In this document: positions 39,400 through 51,061 of the stretch, one piece after another | How positions within the stretch are numbered: the stretch's first letter is position 1 | Layout of the letters: each line of letters opens with the position of its first letter | Assembly: GCA_043228905.1 (NCBI GenBank) | Contig: JBHGNT010000020.1 | Span: 15,004,001-15,068,000 of the forward strand | Source of the DNA: Azolla caroliniana | Taxonomy: Eukaryota > Plantae > Polypodiophyta | DNA: 64,000 nt | Direction of reading: 5' to 3' | The notes under the pieces: generated by a model | Databases searched by the model: none | What the model was told of the DNA's origin: nothing | What the model saw: the letters and a program-made list of their open reading frames with translations, nothing else | Made by a program: the position numbers and the translations under genes

Positions 39400-41781
39400 T
39401 CATCACTAGCAACCAATGCATTGTCTTCATCCAATTCTTATCTTGTCGACATTATCAAGTGCAGGAGTAGACGTGCTTGGTAGATTCTTTCTTCTCCGCT
39501 TTATACTTGTGCCTTCAACATTCTTAACCATCTCTAAAGAGTACTTCCCAATAAACGCATCTTTGGAAGAGGTATGATACCAATGAACCACAATAGATTT
39601 TACTTGATTACCTTCATGATCCTTAATAATTTCAATGATTTTGGCAATCCAGAAGAGATGGCCCAACTTATCACCCCCAGCTAATGTTGCAACTAACATA
39701 CTAACTTGTAGCTCATGTAGATTGCCTTACCACCTTGCCTCTGCAACATGCGATAATCTTGGTCCCACGTAAATATCTCTTTGTCATGGATGAACTAGAT
39801 TATTTAATTCAAGATTATCTAGTGGTTGTAATGGAGTCGTGCTCACTGCTCGCCATTGATGGGCCACCAAGCGCCCATTCGAATTGACTTTGTACTGGCT
39901 CGTAACTTGTAAAGTGGTTATCTTTTTTTTTCCAAAACTGTAAAGTGGTTATCTAATATTGTATGTTGATGATTTAAGAAGACATCCCACCAAGCCACAT
40001 CCTGATCACCAGTGTACTTTTTGGTTCGCTCAATATTTTTCTGTGTTTCCTCAAGGCACCGCATCCAATATATCTTTTGCTCTTCAATTGAACTACCAAC
40101 AACCAATCTTTTATGGTTGTCATATGGAATTTGCTCGGCACCATAGATTATTGCATTTGGGAAATGCAATAACAGCCTACATCCATCTTGTGGCTCCCAT
40201 TGCGAACTAGATGAGTATTGTTTGGCATACATCATGGTCTTGTTGTGACCAATCACACTTTTTTGGATGAGGACATGGTTAAAACTTATATTATTAAGCG
40301 GAGCAAGAACCCTACATCCATTCCCATCACCATCCACACAAAAGCGTTTGAAATCATATACTTCATCTAGATGTTGCACATCTTAATCTTTTTCAAAATA
40401 CCCTTGTCTACTAACATGCTCAAATAACCAAACATAGTTGAGTTCTTGTTTTCTCTCGCCATGTTGTCAAGTTGCACGTATAGTATTGTTGGGAGTAAAC
40501 TTTACCAACTCTGCATAACTCTTTGCATGAATGTCACTATAAGATTAGGGTCGTTGTGGATATTTGGATAAGTCAGGAACACTTGAGGCCTTATTGTCTG
40601 ACAATACAGAAGACATCCTAATAAGTGCATTTGCATTAGACATTCATCTCCAACATCCTTGGGCAACCTTCAAAAACGTGGCAAACAAGTTTTGTTCTGA
40701 TCCATACCATCTATAATCAAGCACATATATATTTTTAGCGATTGAAGTGCTTTTTGACGATGGTGCATAGCTTTAGATCTTTCCAACGCCTGGCTTTCTC
40801 GATGTTCTCTCAATAAATTCTTATATTTTGTTATTTCTTCATCTGTTTTCCCACTCTTTGCCATGCTCTTTTAAACTCACGCATATAGAGCAATCACCCA
40901 TCTAAACCTTGCGGGTTATGACCACATTGTTAAACTTAGATCTCCATAAACGATTATTAAAATACCGATATTGTATTTAAGGTACACTTTCCAATAACAT
41001 GTGATCCTTATACACTTGGTATACCTCACGACGAGTGAAGTTATCTGACAAATGTAACCTTCCGGTGGTGGGCATAACATCACATTGCTTCGAGAAACAT
41101 ATCTCCATTCATCTAACAACATGTCGCCCAATTAGACCCTTACATGTAGATTTTGTATTTTTGAAAGGTATTGACCACCCCTTAAGTAATTGATGTTGAA
41201 TTCTTTGTAGCCTCATGTTCCCGATGCTATTGGAAATTTTAAAAGAAACTCGACAACTCTTCATAGTAAGTGAAAGGTACTATTACACGTGCTGAAAACA
41301 TGACATTGCCAGATGGTCCTTAACAAGTTGCATAGTGGCAATCAAGAATGTATCTTATTCATCGCCATTAAAAGAAAAATACTTTTGTCACAACCCCCGC
41401 AAGTTTGCCTTTCCAAATTTTGATAGACAAAGGCTCCCACAACATACCTTGCATACATCAATTGCAATATGGTTATCGATTAACACTCACTTGTCGAGGA
41501 AGTCTTCGAAAATTTAGAGGATTGTTGACACAGTCATCATCAACATTTGATAAACTAAACTTGTCATGATTTGTATCTACTTTAATATTTCTTATTTTAC
41601 CTAAGTTAAAAGGCTCTATTGAAAAAAGAGATGTCGAACTTTGCTCTCGATCGTCGTTTGATTTTATATGGCACCGTTTATTATTAACATGGTTATATTC
41701 CTCGATTGAGAATAACGAGTTATCAGATAATTTAAAAGGCTCATTAGAAAACAGAGAATGTTTACTCAAGTTTGATGACAT
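39400..41781 (-). pseudogene. Decayed DNA-transposase-like gene (DGMDQ / QLDNxxRENKN family; DUF7869/Sola-like by recall)
   Basis: Minus-strand pieces across frameshifts: CKVCCGSLC; D.MPTTG.LHL..FTRREVY..Y; LWRSKFNNVVI..CSIC; CLIIDGMDQNKTCLPRF; NDPNLIVTF; LPTILYVQLDNMARENKNSTMFGYLSMLV; HLDEVYDFKRF; C-terminal FWIAKI...VVHWY module. Confidence 0.7.
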
Positions 41782-42128
41782 TTTGAGTAAGGCTAATTAA
41801 GATCAACTAAGTCCAAAATAGGGTCAAGTTAAGTTCTATAATAAGCATCATGTCCAAAAACATTTTTGTTTATTTTAAATAATTTTAAAAAAATAAAATA
41901 GAAAACAAAATTATATAAGGGAAAGTCATCTTCTCATTGTCATTATCGCGTTCAAGCAATAGAAGAGCACAAGAGCATAGAGCAACCAAGACTTCCAGTT
42001 TTCGCCTCCCGAGTCAAGTCGACAACAATGTCAGCAACATGGACAAGGTAAAGAAGATTGCCAAGTATGTTTTCTAAACTATATTTTTTGATTCTTCAAA
42101 GATTCCTTTTTGGGTTTCTGATAATTTC

Positions 42129-42224
42129 TTTCAATGGGAACTCGATGCACTGGATCGAGTTCCCGTTGAAATGGGGGACTTTCAACCAGAACTCGATGTG
42201 CACTGCATCAAGTTCTCATTGAAA
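42129..42224. repeat. Two adjacent related palindromes
   Basis: tttcaatgggaactcgat-N7-atcgagttcccgttgaaa (42129-42171, 1 mismatch) and tttcaaccagaactcgatg-N7-catcaagttctcattgaaa (42180-42224, 3 mismatches). Confidence 0.85.
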
Positions 42225-42740
42225 GGGTCATGTCATGATATGGCAAGACTCAAACCCATGACCTTAGGTTATATGGGTCGAGCTCTTGACCATTAGAGCA
42301 TCTATTGTAATACATAAGATATTATTTTCATTTACATTTTATTATAGGAAATTAGTGTATATTCCAGATTTCTTTGGAACATTCTAGAAGCTTCAGGATT
42401 ACTCCTGAAAACACTATAAAAGAGGGCACTAGGCATTATATTGAACCAAATTGGTTCAACGCTAGTCTTAGGCCTTTTAGCCACCATTGTATATTCTCAT
42501 CATATAATACATATCTTTCTTATCATCACTCACTCTCTCTCTCTCTCTCTCTCTTTCTCTCCGTCTCGCTCACTTCTTCCTTCTCTCGAAGAAGTTCCAC
42601 ACCTCTCATAGTACTAATCCTTCGTTTAGTACTAATTCCTTTTCTGTCTCAGTACTGTTCCTGACAGTTTGAACTAATTTCTCCTACCTTCTGTCTCTCT
42701 CATTTCCTACTAATCTTTTATTCCTCTTTGCTTTCATCCC

Positions 42741-43892
42741 ATGGCCACTGTTAGCACTGAAGAATATCAATCTCTTTTCTCGGAATTTCAATGCTTGAAG
42801 GAGAAGTTCCATGCTTTGGAACAAGAAAACCAACGGTTGCTGGGGGATATTCAGCAAATCTCCTTTGAAAAGCAGCAAACGCAACAACAGCATGGGGAAC
42901 TTGCGTTACGCGTGCAACAACTCGAAGCAACCATTGTAGCGATGCAACAACAAGGGCCCGGAACACAAGGGATTCATAAAGAACCCAAGATTGGCCTTCC
43001 CACGAAGTTCGATGGAACGCGATCGTAGTTTAGAGGGTTCCTTAACCAGGTACGATTAGTTATTCAAATGCATCCTTCCCGATATCCCACCGATGCATCA
43101 CGAGTGGGTTTAGTAGGCACTTTGTTAAGTGGCTCAACGTTGTCATGGTTCGCTCCACTATTAGAAAAGGAATCTCCGTTACTCAACAATTTTGAAGAGT
43201 TTCTAGGTGAGTTTAAAGCATGTTTCGGAGATACTGACAGCATTAGGACCGCAATCAACAAAATCCGGCGATTACGCCAAGGTGACCGTCTAGCCTCCGC
43301 ATACGCTGCAGATTTTCGCCTACTCGCCGCCGATATCCCTTGGGATGATCACGCGTTGATGGAGCAATTCCGTTATGGTTTACGCAACGACGTCAAGGAT
43401 TTACTCTTGACCTTCCTCGAAAAGCCAAAGTCCTTAACAGAAGCAATCAGTCGTGTGGTGAGATGTGACAACCGCCTCTTTGAGCGACGTTCGGAACGAC
43501 AGCTACAGATGCCGAGGGCCAGATCAGAGCCCACCTACGCCTCAGTGGTAGCAAGACCTTTTTCGAGGGAGTCATATAATGCGCCTCCAGCGAATACTCC
43601 GACTCCGATGGATATTGACACTACACGTCGTCGAGGGCGATTATCTGAAGAAGGAAAGCAGCGACGCTATACAAATCGACTATGTCTTTACTGCGGTGGA
43701 CCAGGACATATCGCAATAAATTGCCCCCATAGGCCAAGAAGACAGGTAAACCAAATAGTCGCTAGTTCTAATTGTACTAAACCCGAGCCTATTTCAGTAG
43801 GGATATCTGATAGTCCTAATAGTACTAATATCCCAGATCTAGCAAACAAATTTGATGTCCTTAGTCAGTTAGAAGAAGAGTTAAACGACTAA
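42741..43892 (+). pseudogene. gag of chromovirus
   Basis: Coiled-coil N-terminus, EPKIGLPTKFDG, F.YGLR..VKD, PTPMDID, LCLYCGGPGHIAINC knuckle. One in-frame TAG at 43026-28. Confidence 0.9.
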
Positions 43893-46800
43893 GTCCAGCC
43901 AAAATAGGAGCCGTTTGGTTGGACAACCCTTGATCTGTGCAACCCATTAGTGGTTCCATTCCCTCTAAGCAAGTTAGTGATGTGTTCGTAGCCCAAGTAA
44001 TAGTTAGTACTAAAAGTACCCCTCCAGTACATGTCCTAGCACTCCTAGATTCCGGAGCTAACTCTTGCTTTATGGATAAGAAATTTGCTCAAGCTCATAA
44101 GATATCCCTAGGAAAACTCCAGTGTCCAGCCTCTGTAGTAGTCATTGATGGACGTCCCATTGCTTCCGGAAATATCATAGAAGAGTCAGAGCCCATTAAT
44201 ATTGTCCTAGATAACTTAGCATGTGTAGTATCATTTAATATTATTAGTATCCCAGAACCGTGGTTCGAGTTACATAACCTAGACATAGATTGGAGAACAA
44301 GAGAAATCCAGTGTCGACAAACCCAAGGGTCAACTCAGAAGATGGCAACCATTTCGCTACGTTAGTTGCGTAAAGAAGGGCGCAAGGAGGAAATGTTCCT
44401 CTTTGCAATATCAGTAAACCCCTCCAGCACCACTAAAGAAGAATCCACCGTTCAACTTCCCGAGAAGTATCGTCGTTACGCCAATGTGTTCGATAAAGTA
44501 CAAGCCAACACACTTCCTCATCATCGACCGTACGATTGCCCCATCGATTTACAACCGGGAAAAGAGCCGCCATGGGGACCGATCTACAATTTGTCACCAA
44601 CCGAGCTGGAAGTCCTTCGGGCCTATATAGAGGAGAATTTGGAAAATGGTTTCATTCGGCATTCGAAATCTCCAGCCGGCGCCACCATTTTCTTCGTCAA
44701 GAAAAAAGATGGATCGCTTCGTCTCGTTGTAGATTACCGTGGCTTGAATAAGGTTACAATCAGGAATAGGTATGCTCTTCCCCTTATCTCAAGTCTTTTA
44801 GAACGGATCAATGGTGCCAGGTTCTTCACAAAGATCGATTTATGGGGAGCATATAACCTCATACGGATCCGACCAGGAGACGAATGGAAGACCGCGTTTC
44901 GCACCAGATATGGGCACTTCGAGTATACGGTCATGCCGTTCGGCCTCACTAATGCGCTGGCAGTCTTCCAGCACATGGCTAATGATATATTCCGAGATCT
45001 ATTGGATGATTGTTTGGATAATCTACTGGTTTATTCAAAGACCCAAGAAGAACATGATTCTCATCTACTATTAGTACTAAAACGACTTCGAGAACATGGT
45101 TTGTATGCAAAGCTGGAAAAATGTAGTTTTGGGTGCAACCAAGTGGAATTTCTCGGCTACATCATTTCGTCAAAAGGCATCTCCATGGACCCAACTAATG
45201 TCAAAACGGTGGTGGAATGGCAGACTCCGCGTTCGGTGCGGGATGTGCAATGCTTCTTAGGCTTTGCCAATTTTTACCAGAAGTTCATACAAGATTACTC
45301 AAAGATCGTTCTACCTCTCACACAACTTACCAAGAAGGGACAACCGTTCATCTGGTCTGAAGAAACGGACATGGCTTTCGAGAGTCTTAAAAAGGCATTT
45401 ACATCGGCTCCAATTCTAGCTCATGTCAATCCGGAAAAACCATTCATTATCGAAGCTGACGCATCGGATTTTGCATTGGGGAGCATTCTGTCACAACAGG
45501 GGAATGATGAGAAGCTACATCCTGTGGCTTTTCACTCACGCAAGTTTGACGCCGCCGAAATCAACTACGAAATTCATGATAAGGAGCTATTGGCAATAGT
45601 GGATTCTTTTATGCAATGGAGGCATTTTCTGGAGGGATCCTCTCATCTAGTCACCGTATTTAGTGACCACAAGAATCTTGCCTACTTTCAGGATGCTCGT
45701 GTGTTGAATCGACGTCAAGCTCGGTGGGCCCACTTCCTCACGCGTTTCGACTTCAAAATTACATATCGTCCGGGGAGGCACCAAGGGAAGGCAGATGCAT
45801 TATCACGGCATTCGTATCTAGCACCCCGTCCCGGCGAGCCAGCTTTCGATAACCAAAAACAAGTCATCTTGGGACCGGCTCAACTACAAGCAACACAGAT
45901 CTTTGACATGCTTATGGATTCCCGCGTTATCGATACCATACATGAAGACTTGAAGACAGATGCATTCGCCCAAGCTATACTAGCACAAATTGATCCCTCT
46001 CGAGCGTCGTGTTCACAGTCGCAACCACCAGGTACGGACTATCGGGAATTCAAATACCATGATGGATTACTCTTCTTTAAAGATCTTTTGTATGTTCCTA
46101 ATGGTTATTGCGGCCTTCGAGTAGTACAAAACTGTCATGACACATATACAGTTGGGCATTTTGGTAGTACTAAAACATTACATTTAGTACAACGAACATT
46201 CTGGTGGCCCTGTATGCGACAATTTGTCGAGGATTTTGTTCGGACTTGTGATACATGTTGCAGAGCGAAAATGCCAAGGCATCATCCATATGGTTTATTA
46301 GAACCATTACCAATTCCAAGCAAGCCGTGGCAATCCATTGCTCTAGACTTCATCACAGATCTTCCAGTCCCTAAGGGGTTCAATGTGATTCTAACGATGG
46401 TCGATCGATATATGAAGATGCCTCATTTCTTTCCATGTACTAAGGAGATCTCCAGTGAAGACACTGACGAAATTGTCATGCGTGAAGTATGTCGGCATCA
46501 TGGACTTCTCGATAGTATCATCAGCGACCGTGGACCCCAGTTCGTGTCAAAATTCTGGAAGCACCTTTTTAACATGCTCAAGGTCACTTGTAACCTCTCC
46601 TCCGGCTACCACCCACAAACCGACGGCCAAGCTGAACGAACAAATCAAACGCTGGAGCAGTATCTGTGGTGCTTTCTCAGCTATCATCAAGATGACTGGG
46701 CAGATATTCTCCACTTCGCCAAATTTTCCTATAACAACTCTATCCACACATCCACTAAAGTTACGCCATTTTATGCTTATACAGGATGTCACCCCCGGTG

Positions 46801-47385
46801 GAGTATACTTGAAACCCCATAGGTGTCCACAAATCCGTGCGCGGAGGATCGTTTGGAGCAGTTATGCAAGATACAAGCGGATTTATCTTCTCATCTCCAG
46901 CAAGCTCAACAAACACACAAGGTGTACGCGGATCGTCATCGACTTCCATCCAGTTTTAATATTGGAGATCGGGTGTGGCTGCTACGACGACACATCAAGA
47001 CTACTCGTCCATGTGAGAAGTTAGATTATCGGCGATTAGGTCCTTTCCGTATTATTGGACAGATTAATGATGTCGTTTTAAGTCTCGATCTACCTCCTCA
47101 ACTTCGGATACATCCGGTGTTTCATAGTTCTCTCCTCGAACCCTACGCCGAGAGCACCATCCCAGGACGTCTTATCCAACCTCCACCCCCGATCGAGCTT
47201 GAAGATGGGCTGGAGTAAGAGGTTGCCGCCATCCTTGATTCCGAGATTGTTCGCAACAAGCTCTATTATCTAGTCGATTGGCTAGGCTATAGCCCCAACG
47301 AACGTACTTGGGAACCGATCGAGAATGTGACCAATGCTCGTGCTCTTCTTGAAGACTTCCATCGTCAATATCCACACAAACCAAG
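43886..47385 (+). pseudogene. pol of chromovirus (PR-RT-RH-IN-chromodomain), -1 frame relative to gag
   Basis: ALLDSGA; FFVKKKDGSLRLVVDYRGLN; MPFGLTNA; EADASDFALG; integrase SDRGPQF..HPQTDGQAE; GPF..IHPVFH; chromodomain EVAAILDS..KLYYLVDWLGY..ERTWEP (47219-47385). In-frame stops at 43931, 44363, 46820, 47216. The YxDD motif is damaged (DDCLDNLL). Confidence 0.92.
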
Positions 47386-48074
47386 TTCTCAATCCAAGAC
47401 GACTCGTGACACTCGTCGTTTTAAAGGGGGGATAGTGTCATGATATGGCAAGACTCGAACCCATGACCTTAGGTTATATGGGTCGAGCTCTTGACCATTA
47501 GAGCATCTACTGTAATACATAGAATATTATTTTCATTTACATTTTATTATAGGAAATTAGTGTATATTCCAGATTTCTCTGGAACATTCTAGAAGCTTCA
47601 GGATTACTCCTGAAAACACTATAAAAGAGGGCACTAGGCATTATATTGAACCAAATTGGTTCAACGCCAGTCTTAAGCCTTTTAGCCACCATTGTATATT
47701 CTCTTCATATAATACATATCTTTCTTATCATCACTCTCTCTCTCTCTCGATCTCTCTCTTTCTCTCCGTCTCGCTCACTTCTTCCTTCTCTCGAAGAAGT
47801 TCCACACCTCTCATAGTACTAATCCTTCGTTTAGTACTAATTCCTTTTCTGTCTCAGTACTGTTCCTGATAGGTCATATTTCAGGATCAATATACTAGAA
47901 TTGGAGACTTTCTTACTTTTTTTTGTTTTTTTCTCAATGTTTTTTATGTAACATTACATTTAAAAATGGGTAATTTTCGCCTACTTTTGCAGAACTGTAC
48001 CTTAGTTTTTAGGTTTACATTGTTTATTTTCAAGATTTTTGATATATCATTGTGTTATTACTTGTTGTTTTCAG

Positions 48075-49095
48075 TGAATCACGACAAAAACTCCCATCCT
48101 TCAAATTGAAGATTCCCTCCCCAATAAAAAACCTTCCAACACCATGCCCAAGCCTGACTCACGAAAAATGTTTATTGAGTTGGGAGGTGATGGGACTTCG
48201 AACACTTTAGGCGAAAAGAGTAGTGGGGAGCCTCGCCTGAAAAGCTACCCTCATATCGAGTGGACATTAATCTATACTGAGGAAGAAGGAGATTCTTTCC
48301 TTATTTTTGCGAAATTTGAAGGTGAGGGCAAGTTGCAGGTGGCGAAGACCTTCACCTACAGTCATGTAAAAAACATTGAATATGAGGACGACGACTCATC
48401 GAACCTCTTGTTCAATGTTGATAGCTCGGTGGGGATGCGTAGAGTTAGGATAGATGAACAAAATTTCGTAACTGACTCCTGCCAATCAAAGGCTTTGATA
48501 AAAGGTGTTGAAACCAAAAATAATTGGATTGTTGCTTTGCGCCCTCATATTAAGGGAGAGTTGATGGTCGCGCAAGCAACCACAGCACCAACATCTGACA
48601 ATAAATCAAAACTGGAACATAAGAAGTACAAGAAAAGGTAGCAACTTGAGGAGGACGAGCCCGAGGTACTCAAGTTTGTGGAAGATGAGAAGGAAGATAT
48701 CGAGCTCGAAGTCATTCCTCCAAGGGGGCACATTGCATCAGGAATACTCATCTTAGAGCAAAATTGGATTAGAGAAAACATTGTAAAGACAAAGCTTGTC
48801 AGTAAAGGACAACTATTTCACTTGTCGATCTCCTTTATTCAGAGGCCACCCATTGATCTTGTAACAGGAAGACGAGCTCTAGAAATAAGAGAGTCACATT
48901 CAATGCATGTGCAAAAGTTAAAAAGCAAAATGAAAATAAATCCACATGCCACTGTAGTGCCATTCTTAGTAATGGTAGACCATGATTACTGCCCAGTTGT
49001 TGTTGACTTTAAGTACAGTTCGGCTGATGACTACACATACTACGTGATTTGAGGATCCCACTCTGTTGAAGCAAACGAAAAAGGGAGACATGGGT
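48075..49095 (+). pseudogene. Unknown TE-associated ORF with ParB/sulfiredoxin-like motif; putative first exon 42028-42047
   Basis: ORFs 48144-48641 and 48678-49052 are in one frame, split by TAG. IRE.HSMHVQKLKSKMKINPHATVVPFLVMVD...YYVI(G>*)GSHSVEA; the duplicate at 8741 has the intact YVIGGSH. Candidate ATG exon 42028-42047 (gtaaag donor) and acceptor ttttcag at 48074. Confidence 0.5.
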
Positions 49096-49214
49096 GAGGT
49101 TAGAAAACTAAAAATATTAAAATGAAACAGATCAAGTGTACAATAATAATATTTTAATTAAGGCCGCTTCTACATTTTATAACATTTGTTTTGTTGCTTA
49201 CTCATTAATGAAAG

Positions 49215-50225
49215 GGAAAAAATCGTCGATAACTCTGGAATTGTTCTAGAGATTACAAATGTTTTCGAATGCAGCACAAGGTAATGAAATTATTAACATT
49301 TCATTTGAATACCGTTCTTTTTCGTCGTGTGTGTTGAAAACAATGTCTTTTATAATGTAGGCCTTGCATATCTACATGGTGGATGTAACATCATCCATCA
49401 AGATGTGAAGAGCAGCAATATCTTATTATCCAACAACCTAGAAGGGAAAATGTCTGATTTTGGAATATCCAAAATCACATCCAATGATCCTAGTAATGCA
49501 GCAACAAGGATTGTTGGTACTATGGGATATCTAGATCCAAAGTAAGTACTTCTTAAACTATAGATAATTGCTAAAGTTAATTAGAAATGGTTATCTTAAA
49601 ATGCTACCTATAACCAAAACATTACACTAGTTTAAGAAAAATATATTTTATCATATTGGCAATGTAAGGCTATGTATGACAAAGTTTTAATAATATTTGA
49701 TTTTTCATTTTCTGTAACATAGGGATGCATCCACAATGGTGTTGACAGAGAAGGTGGACATATATAGCTTTGGGGTGGTTATGTTTGAAACCATATGTGG
49801 GCAGGTACTTGTGATGAAAGATCCAAAACAAAGACATAGAGACATACCCCTTGTTGAATGGGTAATCCACTCAGAAAATAATGTTAGAATCAAATAGAAA
49901 TTTGAGAGAGTTGTTAAACTTAATTCCTTTTTGAATTTCTCAAGCAAGACCCTCATAAGAGCAAGGTATGATCCAAGAAGTTGTCGATGACCGGCTTAAA
50001 GATGAATATAATTTGTCATCTGTTTGGAAAGTTGCAGAGGTTGCCATGGCCTGCGTCCAAAGGGATGGGATTAACAGACCTACAATGTACACCGTTTGCA
50101 ATGAGCTACGTGAAGCCATAAAAATAGAAGACCAATGGAGAAGTTTCTTCCTTACATATAAATGTCCAAGCTTGATGAGGAACAATATGGATGGGTACCG
50201 AAATTTAGATTTATATGCAGAATAA
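49215..50225 (+). pseudogene. Orphan 3' kinase exons of a more divergent RLK paralog
   Basis: Exons 49215-49280, 49361-49541 (HQDVKSSN, DFG, GTMGYLDP), 49723-49861 (DIYSFGVV), ~49944-50225 (SSVWKVAEVAMACV..RPTM). Last acceptor is mutated (caa) and there is a TAA at ~49956. No upstream exons. Confidence 0.85.
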
Positions 50226-50643
50226 AGCTGGCAATGCATAACAATCTATGAGATAAATACGCAAGTCTTTGTCTTCAGCGTACAAGTACATATTATGGTC
50301 TAAAATGTATTATATTTAATATAGAGCCAGATCACGAATTTCTAAGCCAATAATTTGCAAAAGTAGATGATCCACCACAGTTGAATGTATGTTATATATT
50401 AGACTATAGTCTTCTATAGATTTCTTACCTTGATTTTGGTACAAATTTGTTAGGTCAGTATATCTATGCATAAATATTTGTTTCATTAAAAGGTAGTTGA
50501 TGATAGAGATCGAAAAGTCAATGCTTCCCCATTGTGCTTTACCATGTAATGCCCACTCTTTCACAATGTAATTATATTCCATTTGTTCCTCAATATAATT
50601 TGCTTTAATAGAACTATTCTTTTTATGTTCAATTGGGTTTTCT

Positions 50644-51061
50644 TTTCCCAAAGTGAATTATACCTTAATTTTTAGTAGATCATAGCATAAAATATGTTCA
50701 GATTGTTAGAATTTAAGCAACATTTATTTACACATTGATATTAAGAGGATTCCACATACATCCAAACAACTTAACAATGTTTGATGCGAGAGTAGTTCAA
50801 TACTGCCCATTAAACAAAATGTTTTTGACCTGTTTATGTCCTACACTAATTCTTTCCCAAAGTGAATTCTACCTTAATTTTTAGTAGATCATAGCATAAA
50901 ATATGTTCAGATTGTTAGAATTCAAGCAACATTTATTTACACATTGATATTAAGAGGAGTCCACATACATCCAAACAACTTAACAATGTTTGATGCGAGA
51001 GTAGTTCAATACTGCCCATTAAACAAAATGTTTTTGACCTGTTTATGTCCTACACTAATTC
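50644..51061. repeat. 209-bp near-perfect tandem duplication
   Basis: tttcccaaagtgaatt...ctacactaattc at 50644-50852 and 50853-51061, about 3 mismatches. Confidence 0.9.

Larger units (their letters stand above)
42231..47871 (+). mobile_element. Full-length Ty3/Gypsy chromovirus, Tcn1/Tf1-sushi-like, decayed
   Basis: 436-bp LTRs 42231-42666 and 47436-47871 (about 12 differences by eye). TSD ggtca (42226-30, 47872-76); PPT aaaggggggatag 47423-47435. No tRNA PBS, but a self-complementary PBS is present. Confidence 0.95.

Noticed and set aside
37305-48564. 11.2-kb insertion with a 14-bp TSD
   Set aside because: The right boundary falls in the middle of a continuous ORF and there are no terminal repeats; deletion in the other copy is simpler.
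48075-49095. Bacterial contamination or plasmid partition locus
   Set aside because: The ORF is embedded in plant TEs, duplicated with the RLK segment, preceded by an intron-like acceptor, and has no parA or operon context.
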